NCBI RefSeq assembly: GCF_003918875.1
Contig: NW_025767356.1
Coordinates: 310,001-374,000, forward strand
Length of the DNA: 64,000 nucleotides
Direction of reading: 5' to 3'
From: Haliotis rubra
Taxonomy: Eukaryota
Position numbers and translations under genes: made by a program. The stretch's first letter is position 1; each line of letters starts with the position of its first letter. Under the pieces are notes generated by a model. It saw only the letters and a program-made list of their open reading frames with translations, was not told where the DNA came from and did not search any database. Shown here piece by piece: positions 53,147 to 64,000 of this stretch.

Positions 53147-56100
53147 ATGGCTCGTGGGAGTATCGTTTTGCTTCTATGTGTTCTAGTTCACTGCGTTTCC
53201 ATGGTGATGATGTCAAAGATTGGTAAGTACCATTGCTGCTTAAATTAAACCTGACTCGCTGTTTGTAATGAGAAGATAATCCATGGCATATATAACATTG
53301 TTATAACATAACGATCGATGGATATATGTTTTGTAACCACGACGAATCCCGGTATAATTTTATTGTGATCCGCTGTATGTCAGCAACATCGTGATCTTGG
53401 GTTATACACAGCCAACGATCATTCTGTTTTTATTCAGCAGACCATATCCGCAACTGAAGTACTTGAGACTTCATAATATCATGATTGTGCTTTCACAATT
53501 TCGTTAAAACGTATTACTTATAACCGACATAGGCTAGTGTTATACATAACTGAACATTTTGCAGGCTCATCGTTTATCAATGTTATGCATGTACACTTTA
53601 GCAGTTAAGAACCACCCGCTTCTATCACAATACTGCATTTAATCTTCCGCACCAGGAGTATGAACGTACAGTGCAGAATGACAGATACATGTCAGGTTTT
53701 CTTACTAAAAAACTTAGGGACTAAAGGTTGATGATTCATTGAAGGCGGAAGCTGAATCTCAAACGTAAACCATTCAGAATGTGAACAATTATGTCAGAAT
53801 GTGTATGGGTGCTCTTTTACCCCAATTGACGGATTTTAACTGTCCAGCAATCTTGGTATGGTATATATATATATACGTATCCTATGAAACGTTATGTCAG
53901 AGATGGGAACTCTTTAAGAACCGCTGAATACTCAGTAACCACGTGACATTGCTTCAGTTTGTGCAACTTGTCACGTGTTCTGGAGTCTTGGTCTGAAACT
54001 TAATTGACCTTATCGTACAATGTTCTGAGACAAAATATGACAAAAGCAATTTTCATATTCCTGTAATAAGGTTTAATTTTTTACACTAGTTAATAACCCT
54101 AAATATTGTGTTCGTTGCATACATTGACTGCTATTTCTGAACGTCTGACGGAACGAATATCTGAAAACTATAGTTCCCATCAAGTAAGAACTAAGATACA
54201 GTAGAAATGACAATATGATGGATAATCAGCTCCATTATTTTCACAAAAGCGACGTTTCGGTATAGATATGTCTAACCTTGCTTGGAAACGGTATAAGATA
54301 CCGAAACGTCCCTATGTTGAAAATGAAGAAGTCGATCATCCATAAAGTTGTCATCTCTATACCACCAACTTCTAGAATGCCACTCAAACAAAATAGGATA
54401 CAGTAAGAGACATGTGCAGTACGTATCTAATATCCATGGTGATTTCCTAACATCATTATAGAGCATCCAGTTGTCATCACTTGAAATGAAATGAAACCAT
54501 TTTCCAATGACTGCCTTTTACCTATCAATAGAAATCGCGTCATCCAGCTTCCAACTGTCACGGACCAGGGCGAACATGTCCGTGGCAGAACTAGATTGTC
54601 AAACCAGGAACGGCACCTCGATACACCTTACAGACCTGAGACAGTCAACATTTCAGACATCCTTCCTGCTTGTAGCCAAACAGCTTGGCAAGGCAGTATG
54701 GCTAGGCAGAAATGGCACCAAACTTGAAGGTAAAGATGGAACTTGGTGTAAACCCTTTGTTAAAGGAGTTAAATGTTTCCACGAATTGGACTAGGATGAC
54801 AAAGTACACGACAGCATTGACTTGCAGTACATTATAATCCGATTACGTACAATACATGGTCATAACATTCAAATGAAAATGAAAGCGATCAATCCATACT
54901 ACAGTATTCATTTTACACCATCCACAGCTGGTGGTCAATGCTCCGCCTAGTACCCTGACACCCTGACACATAAAATGAAAAGTGAGTTAACCATTCTACA
55001 ATTCGTATTGTTTCACTATTCACAGCCGAAGGTCGATGCTCGGTATTATACCCGAACACTCCCGACGTTGCCAGCATAAACTCATCAGACTGTGGAGAGC
55101 TGCATCACTACATATGCTTCCAGAGCACTAACGCCAATGGTAAGTGTCTATGACCACACTGTTTTAACTGAAACGCTTAATCTTTCAATAACTGATAGAA
55201 TTCATCTGCTTAGTTGGTTTTATTTTCATTATCAAATAATCTGGTTTGGTAAATAAGTAAAACTTTGCTTGTATCACTACATCACCAGTACATATATCAT
55301 ATAAACAATATACACAAGAACTGGATACACAAAACACACAAATCAAATCATATAAAATCATGTGCCTTGAACGAATTTATGAACCTTGAGCTTGCAGTTA
55401 GATTTCATTAATTGTGTACATATATTGGTCTGGAATAATTTATCAACTCGTTTAGTCTTAAAGATGTATTGATGCAGGTACTCTATTATGTTCGTATTGA
55501 CTTTGTTGGTAGCTGGAGGTATTTCACATAACACAGTTTGGAGCCTGTGGCCATTCACATATAAATATTTTCTAACAGTAGTACTGGTGTTACTGTGTAT
55601 AACTTACATGTAAAAAGATATCGAACGATATCTTCATTGTGGTATCCACAAGCGCATTCAGAGTTGTTATAAATCTGCTTAGTTATTATCATACGGCAGA
55701 TACTAAGTACAAATGAAGTAAGGACAACAAGTAACAAATGATTGTTGAGAATGTTTTCGGACAACGCACTCGGTAAAAGCATTCACTCAAAATCACGTAG
55801 ACTGAAAAATGTCAGACACCGGAAATATGGCGCAAATCTCCAACATAACTGAAACCGAAACAACATTCGACAACGATGCGGTCGACATGACCCTGACAGT
55901 GGTCTATATATTCCCTTTACGTCAAATGAGTTTGAACAAGATCATATTGTGAGTGATTTAACAGGACAAGCAACCAACACGGTTTATGACATAATACATA
56001 AGGTAAAACATCATCTCATTTCTTAAAAGTGAAATATCCGTCCATAAACGTTTATATGAAATTCCCCCAATCAGAGCCGTCACTGATATTACTTTGTGCC

Positions 56101-59100
56101 GGAAGAGATGTGTCAATTTCGCAAAACGTTCGCCGTTCTCTGTGTAAATCTTTGCTGTGTCGATTATGGTGTGAAACAGACAGCAAGAGACACAGGGGCA
56201 CTTGGTCGATGAAGGTATACTACATATGATGCAATTACATTGTAAACTTACCATTTTTCCTTGAAGTAGTTCAATTATGCAGAACACTCGCGAATAAAGG
56301 CAAAACATTATGTTCCTTTGGGGCATGTATTACAACTGATTGATGTGTGAAATGCTGTAGCGTGACGTCCGGTTATATATGCATAGAGTACGTACCGTAC
56401 GTACATGACTCGATGTAAGTGTACAACCACGGCACACACATAGAAATGTTTGAAATAGTATGGGCCAACATGACTGTTCCTACTTCTCGTTCGATGATTG
56501 ACGTGTATGTATATAACATGTGTGCATAAGTTTATTCGTATATTTGACAGATAAAACAATGACGACAATCGTTACCGGTATCTCCAATTCCTGTGAGTAT
56601 ATTAGCTTATTCACCACCGCACGTTATCACTATCCACTTCCAATCAACACCGACACGTTCTTCATCACTATCCACCACGTCAGCCTTCATCAACACACAT
56701 CGCATCACTCCCAATCACCACCGACACCTTCTTCATCACTATCCACCACGTCAGCCTTCATCAACACACATCGCATCACTCCCAATCACCACCGACACCT
56801 TCTTCATCACTATCCACCACGTCAGCCTTCATCAACACACATCGCATCACTCCCAATCACCACCGACACCTTCTTCATCACTATCCACCACGTCAGCCTT
56901 CATCAACACACATCGCATCACTCCCAATCACCACCGACACGTTCTTCATCACTATCCACCACGTCAGCCTTCATCAACACACATCGCATCACTCCCAATC
57001 ACCACCGACACCCTCTTCATCACTATCCACCACGTCAGCCTTCATCAACACACATCGCATCACTCCCAATCACCACCGACACCCTCTTCATCACTATCCA
57101 CCACGTCAGCCTTCATCGACACACATCGCATCACTCCCAATCACCACCGACACCCTCTTCATCACTATCCACCACGTCAGCCTTCATCGACACACATCGC
57201 ATCACTCCCAATCACCACCGACACGTTCGTTATCACTATCCACCCCGGCAGATACTTCCCCTCCAGTGGCATTTGCTTACACTGCGTTCCCGTTGATGGC
57301 GTCTCCTGCATGCACATCCACACCCATCCCACTCTTACTTCATTTACCACTCCATCCCCTCCACCCCCAACCCCCAAAAGCCTTCAAACAGTTAGGTTAT
57401 GGTTCATCTGCATCTGTGTTCTGCCTGGCAATAGTGAATTTGCAGAGAGTCGTGTTTAAAGGGAGATAACTCTTTGAAATAGCTTGTGAGTTGAAGTGGC
57501 GTTATACGCTCGCTCCCATAAGACAGCAAGCTCAATGCTGATGCAATGCCTGTGTGCTATACATTGCATCTGACCTAGATCTATGACAGTTTCAATAACA
57601 CTCGCACTTGCAACATATGTCCTTGTTTGTGTGGCTTGCATTGGCCAGCATTGCTTACTTGTGACAGTTCCCCGAGAACACTGAACCCCGAGAACACGTG
57701 CCTGAACGGAACATGAAACGCTGGAGATTTAAAATGTTTGGCAGTGTTGCAGGACTTTAGGTCATCATTACTGACAAAAGTTCAATGTGTGCGTGCGTGC
57801 GTGCTCGCATGTGTGTGTTTGTGCGTGCGTGCGTGCGTGTTTTGTCTAGATTTTTATAAATTTGTAACAACAAATTCTCTTTTCTACAGCTGCTAGTTCA
57901 AGTGGACATGACTCAATAAGTAAGTTGCAGAATTATCTGACAAACATCGGGGCAATCACTGTTATCACGTGGTACTCGAACGACAGTTTCAGTCATGGCG
58001 GCTAAAATATACTGAACCTGTTGTAGTGAAACATAGTCTATTGTGCCCAATGATCTTTTCATATTTATGTTTTTTACAATATATTTTACAAGATCAAGCA
58101 GCGTATTGGTTATAAACACATCCGAGCAGGCTTCAGTATTCCTGGGATGAACGAGATCCGGACGACGAAGGCGGGATAATTCGCTTTGCAGCGAAATTAG
58201 GTGTAATGCTGCCTTAAACAGACAGACCGACAGACAGACAGATTTTATTAAATAAAGAGGCCTTGGGCCCATGATACATACTTTCTTGGTGATATATAAT
58301 AGCTGAGTAAGAATATATAGCAGTTTAGTAGGCACAGGTATGAAATTTGTAATACAATATTATATAAACAACAAATTGCATTTATTAATTGTTGGTTTTA
58401 AATGATGAGCCTTACTGTGTACCAGTGATAACTGAAGGGTTAAGTGCTTTGGGTTAATAGTGTTGGGTCTCAGTTTCCATACTTTATATAAATACAGACG
58501 TATACTATGTAGGGTAGAGACATCACAGTGTACCAGTAATAACTGCAAGACTGAGTGCTTTTAGATTAATATCCAACACTATTAAACAAACGTCCCTCAA
58601 CTCAACCATGCCTTTTTCAAAGTTTCATGTCGAGTGATTTTGTTGTGCCTTCCACTGTTCATTGTTTATGTCTATGTTACAGCGCCAGCTCACGTCATCG
58701 TCATTATATACGTCGTATGTGTCGTCATTGTCCTCGCTGTTGGTGTCGCAGTTGTCAAGTTCAGGTTAGAACGTTCCCATGATGAGAATCTGTCATGACA
58801 AAACAGAATGAAATTCAGCGACCAAGCAAAATCCTGCTCCACTAAACCCTGTTTGTTGCCGGCTTGACGTCATCAGTATGGGATTAGAGGTTCACATTCC
58901 CATACGCTTTGATGCTTCTTGATAGATGGGCGGTCGGGTAGCCGAGTGATTAAAGCGTTCGCTCGTAACGCCGAAGACAGGGGTTCGATTCCCCACATGG
59001 GTGCAATGTGTGAAGCCATTTCTGGTGTTCCCGCCGTGGGGATGGATATTGATATTGATGGAATATTACTAAAAGCGGCGTAAAGCCATACTCACTCACT

Positions 59101-59957
59101 CACTCTTGATAGAATTACAACAAAGGTCGACTGGGCACGGGTCCAGTCACATCCCCGCAACCTGACATGCGTCAATATATAAAATATCATCTTGGTTCTG
59201 ACTCAGGTTATTTCCAGATTAAACTAAAAATATATTATGTAGAGAAAGACAATGATGATAAAAGGTTAGTCCAAGTACCCCTGACACCCACCCACCCACC
59301 CTCCCCAGTACTCCTCCAACGGCGTGAACGTTGGTCATAATATCGGTCTGTGGATTGTTTGCTCTAGACTCGAGTATAAAATGGAAACAGCCATTCCAGG
59401 GTTCGGCGATAAACAACAGCGAACACTGTCTCTACAAACTCAGCGTTTAAACAGAAAATCTCAGGAATAAATATACCCCTCAATGTTTCAGGAAACATCC
59501 CATGACGTCGATGATGGTCCCCTATCGTTCGCCACCCCCTAGTCTCCCTCTCATCTATGGCGTTCAACACTCGCGCATCAGACCCCCTTTCCACAGGCGC
59601 CTCACACCACAGGTCCGAAAGTTGTCGGAGGTGAGTGAAGGGGCGGAGAATAGCCCGGGAAGTATGCTTCTCTACAACGAAGGGGCGGCCCGATCTCACG
59701 TGGGCGCTGTTGACGACATCATGTACGAGCAATACAACTTCAGCCCCGAGATAAGGGGGAACGACTGTCCGATGACGCCGGATTCGGAAACGTACACACC
59801 TCTTTTGAATCCCCCAACTGATGATGGCGACGTCACTAGTACAATCATTTTCTTTGGGCCGAACGCTCCCGTACCGACAGGTCTAACGTCACTCAATACC
59901 GATGCAGTTCTAGAGAACCCTGTCTATGAATCCTATGTTGGTAGTACGTATGTCTAG
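53147..59957 (+). CDS. CTL-D: compact C-type-lectin-like type-I receptor with NPxY/PDZ tail (~335 aa, intact)
   Basis: Exons: 53147-53222 (signal MARGSIVLLLCVLVHCVS); 54532-54729 (AELDCQTRNGTSIHLTDL...AVWLGRN); 55026-55139 (GRCSVL...DCGELHHYICF); 56551-56592; 57890-57919; 58683-58764 (TM VIVIIYVVCVVIVLAVGVAVV); 59492-59957 (YTPL, ENPVY, C-terminal STYV). 1008 nt open. Confidence 0.8.
55400..55770 (-). mobile_element. Degenerate LINE 3' fragment
   Basis: SECACGYHNEDIVRYLFTCKLY resembles a non-LTR ORF2 C-terminal Cys motif. Confidence 0.55.
56620..57245. repeat. 71-bp minisatellite, ~9 copies, intronic in CTL-D
   Basis: Direct periodicity of 71 bp (not a multiple of 3). Confidence 0.95.
58927..59105 (+). 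mobile_element. tRNA-derived SINE, family 1
   Basis: A/B boxes, (ACTC)n tail, CTTGATAGA on both flanks. Confidence 0.88.
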
Positions 59958-61275
59958 GGAGTCAGATTGAGCTATACGGATGCGACAGCTTCCAGTAGCT
60001 TGACGGTAACTCACTTACACGCGGTGTGAAAGCATGTGTCCTTGCTTGTTCAGACTTACGTTGGTTTTGTATTGCTACTTAGAAACCACGACAAGAACTG
60101 TTTTGGTTGTGGACGGACACCCGGCACAGATGTAACAATTCAAACCTACCTGTCCTTGTTTTCAACCTTATCACACGGCTCCAGACAGGATACTCATCCG
60201 ACATTAACGTAATGTGGATCGGTTGTTTGGTTGTTTTCGGCCAGGTCGACCATCCAATTAAACCAACTGCAACTTGTAAGGCAGCCTGATCAATATTGCA
60301 ATCAGCTACCTTAGCTCCGTGTCTGTATATAGCGAGTACCACAGACGAGAGCGTCAGTAAAACCACTTTTGTGTACAGTTTACACATGTTTTAAAGTCCT
60401 GTTCTGGCTGTCACAATTATATTGCTCACATGTTATATTAGCAACTGTTTTTCATTCTGTCTTCCATGATTAAAATCATGTTTGTACAAACAAATCTTAA
60501 AAGGAATACATTGTTATTTCTGTTATGCAGTTAAAATATCGTGCAAAATTCCCATGCTGCATCTTGCGGTCGGAAGCACTGTGATTCTGGGGATGAAGAA
60601 TGATTTTACGCCACTTCCAGCAATTCTCTTTGCGCATCCGTACATCACTGGACTTAACATTTTTGTGTGCAAATTGTACAATGAAGAATCGGCTTTCGCA
60701 CTTTGTGGGTTCGTGTCCTCCCACTATGAGTTGCAAGTACAGGTCTAAATACAGATCCGTCTTTACTCTGGGAGTTATATATTCCAATATAGAGTGAATG
60801 TCAATTCTTGTAATCACCGTTATAACTCGTGGGAAGTACACAAAATTTCATTTTGCATGCTTTACTATATGCTAATACTGACAGCCCCACAACAACCTGC
60901 TATTTCGCTGAGTATGAACGATAGCTCCACTAGTGCCATGAGTGTACGTGCTGCCCAAGTCCTTCCAATGGTAAACTGTTTCGTACTTGCAATAGACGTA
61001 TTTAGACAATACCATTGGATAGTTAGAGAAATGTTCGAACTGCCCCAGTCAGTCAGTAAAAGAACTATTGTCACAGCGATGTAAAACTTCCACGAGGCGT
61101 ACAGGACCTCAACATGACCAAAACAATTTCGTAAGATGTTCAAAAAGCCGTGGCTGTTTCCTGGTGTTATTTATCTATTTCTCTGATTGTCGCGAAAGAC
61201 ATTTATATAGATGTGTCAGACAGATACTGAGGTAAATTGTTTGACGAATATTATTACTAACAGTCTAGAGATGGA

Positions 61276-61394
61276 TCGAGTGGATAGTGTTGATAGTGTC
61301 TCGAGTGGATAGTGTTGATAGTGTCTCGAGTGGATAGTGCTGATGGTGTCTCGAGTGGATAGTGTTGATAGTGTCTCGAGTGGATAGTGTTGAT
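61276..61394. repeat. 25-bp minisatellite, ~5 copies
   Basis: TCGAGTGGATAGTGTTGATAGTGTC repeated. Confidence 0.9.
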
Positions 61395-62125
61395 TGGCGA
61401 TTCTTCCTTTTGTTTACTGGAATTGGTCGTTGAGAAGTTATTCCTGCACAGGCTCGCTGTCACACTCAAGCTGCTGAGACTTTCTCGAAGCACAATAAAA
61501 ACGTGAAGTTTAAGATCAAACTGTCTAAATGGCAAGAAACAACGCTTCTGTATGTATTCCAGCAAAGTAATTCCCAAGTGTGACCCCAGGAATATTGAAG
61601 TTACTGTAATATCTGTCAGTATTGACGTCATTTCAAGAATACAGTCCCTTAAAAAATATGCACATCAGTATGTATGTTTCATAAACAGGCTAAAAAACGT
61701 CAGGGTGATGAGCGGTTTATGCAGGATGCACGAAATGTAAACTCACAAATCGATAGCTCAAACACTATCCTGTCCGTATAAATCCGTCGCTGTAGAAGCG
61801 GTCCCTGAAGACTACTACCACACTGCTTGTCTCGAAACTGGGATGACCCAATCGAAGTGAATGTCATCATGTGCATAGAATGTCTAGAAACTGGTTATAT
61901 TACCCACATACTTGTACTGACCTTAAGGACATACCATTTAATATGTCATTTATTATTAAACAGGTTGAATGATGCTGCGTGTGAGTGCCCTGCTTGTAGG
62001 TATCAAAAGGATAGAACAAGGATTATCTGGCGCAATGTGGTTATAACTGCATGGCTTTTGCCCAAATTTTGACTGTTAGTTGACACAGAGACTAACACGG
62101 ACACTGACATACACTCACAAACACA

Positions 62126-62366
62126 GTGAGTGAGTGGGTGAATTTAGTTTTACGCCGCACTCAGCAATATTCCAGCTATATGGCGGCGGTCTGTAAATAA
62201 TCGACTCTGGACCAAACAATTCAAGGATCAACAGCATGAACATCGATCTACGCAATTGGGAACCGATGACATGTGTCAACCCAGGCAACGAACCTGACCA
62301 CCCGATCCCGTTAGTCGCCTCATACGGGTTGTTGAAGGCCAATTCTAACCCGGATCTTCACGGGTA
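62126..62366 (-). mobile_element. SINE family 2
   Basis: Reverse-complement match to 28866-29111; a further 3' fragment at ~62873-62930. Confidence 0.88.
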
Positions 62367-62397
62367 CACAAACACTGGCACACATGCACGCACACAC

Positions 62398-62662
62398 NNN
62401 NNNNNNNNNNNNNNNNNNNNNNNNNNNNNNNNNNNNNNNNNNNNNNNNNNNNNNNNNNNNNNNNNNNNNNNNNNNNNNNNNNNNNNNNNNNNNNNNNNNN
62501 NNNNNNNNNNNNNNNNNNNNNNNNNNNNNNNNNNNNNNNNNNNNNNNNNNNNNNNNNNNNNNNNNNNNNNNNNNNNNNNNNNNNNNNNNNNNNNNNNNNN
62601 NNNNNNNNNNNNNNNNNNNNNNNNNNNNNNNNNNNNNNNNNNNNNNNNNNNNNNNNNNNNNN
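62398..62662. other. Assembly gap (N run) flanked by (CA)n and (CATC)n
   Basis: Run of N. Confidence 0.99.
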
Positions 62663-64000
62663 CATCCATCCATCCATGCGTGCAGAGAGTTCCATATACG
62701 TCAACGTAAATATGTTTGACCCCATCGGTCCATGTCACTTTTCCCCACCTCCAGTAATCGGTCCGGAGTAGACACGGCATGATGCGACGGGCACGGTGAT
62801 CAACAGTTGCTGACATCAAACATCTTCATCTACGCGAGCATCGTGATCAACCTCTCTCTCAATTTCTTCGGTGAATGAATGAATGAGTTTAGTTTTACGC
62901 CGCAACATTCCAGCTATATGGCGGCGGTGAATTATCAGAAGATAACAAAGAATGTAGTTGACGCAGTTGATGTGGTACTTCCTGAACTGAGACAATCATC
63001 AGAAATAGCATACAGTCAGATCATTTTTGGAAAAACCCGGCATGCTGCTTTACAAGCCTGACTGTGTCAACAATTAACGTTCTTTCTTCTCACGTCTCCT
63101 GCATAACCACTGCACCCCAGTGCAAACATGCATACTTGTATTCCTTCTGTACTTGAAGACTCGTGTCTCAACCTTGAGTGTAAAGGACAGATTACTTAAA
63201 ACTTCTAACTGAAATTGATGTACAAAATGTACATAAAAATGTGAAAATGTCATTCCAAATGAAAATGTGAGGTATGATGTGTATACGTCATGATGCATAT
63301 GCGATGTTACTTTACGCTAAGACGACATGAGTCCAGTATTCATATGCCCGCTGGGAAACAGAACAGCAGCGACGATGTTATTGACAGGTGCTGATTGATG
63401 GCCTCCCTGTAACCCTGTGATGTACTGATACAGGTTACCTGTGCATGACACGAAACTCCCCGGCATGTCACGACAAGGCAGGGCGGACGTGTGGCCTGCA
63501 AGCATGACGTGAGCCGGAGCCACGGAGTGTATCAGTCTTACTGAAGACGAAATTCCCAGCATTCCGTTGACAGCCATCATATGTCGGTCATATGCAGCAT
63601 TGTTTTTATTGTAAGTCATCAAGCCCTGACACTGCGGGCCTAACACAATAAGGCCACACGTTTGTCTGGTCCAGTTTGTGTTTGCTGCCAGCGGTTCTTC
63701 ACTCACCCAGGCACTTCACAGACAGCCGTTACGTTCACAACATGTAGACAACAGTAAACCTTAAGATGCGTACCAAAACACATACAGGTAAACCAATGAA
63801 CATATTTAACGCCAAAATTATTACACATCACTGCATTTATTTTAAGGTGAGTTTGGTCCTAGAGAAGTAATTAGTGATGTGCCATGATGAACGCAAATCA
63901 CCCTCCACCAAATCGCAATCATAATTTTAATAATCATAACCATTGTGATGGTCAAGAACCTAACAGGTGATACCTATTGAGTGAGTGAGTGAGTTTAATT

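Noticed and set aside
56520-57459. 258- and 288-aa His/Thr-rich ORFs
   Set aside because: The 71-bp repeat cycles through all frames; only 56551-56592 has splice sites consistent with CTL-D.
62663-63790. ORF 63317-63706 and a hydrophobic stretch near 62800-62870
   Set aside because: No recognisable domain and no consistent splice model; adjacent to a gap and the window end.

Overview
Eukaryotic, intron-rich animal genomic DNA; the SINE families and composition suggest a mollusc, possibly a gastropod such as abalone (inference). The ORF track is largely uninformative. Manual splicing (GT/AG sites, consistent exon phases) reveals a dense cluster of single-pass, immune-receptor-like genes. (i) Three type-I receptors with an unusual compact C-type-lectin-like domain (CTL-B, CTL-C, CTL-D), plus the 3' end of a fourth paralog (CTL-A) and probable decayed relics. 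(ii) Two very small type-III transmembrane adaptor-like genes (TMA-1, TMA-2). (iii) A head-to-head pair of two-Ig-domain receptors (Ig-1, Ig-2). Tails carry ITIM/ITSM-like, NPxY, YxxP and PDZ-type motifs. CTL-B and CTL-C share near-identical ectodomain exons and introns but have diverged leaders and tails, which is the pattern seen in paired receptors. Between the genes lie a 5.8-kb 48-bp satellite, several minisatellites, two SINE families, MITEs, LINE fragments and one N gap. Gene labels are mine; all models are hand-built and have no transcript support.
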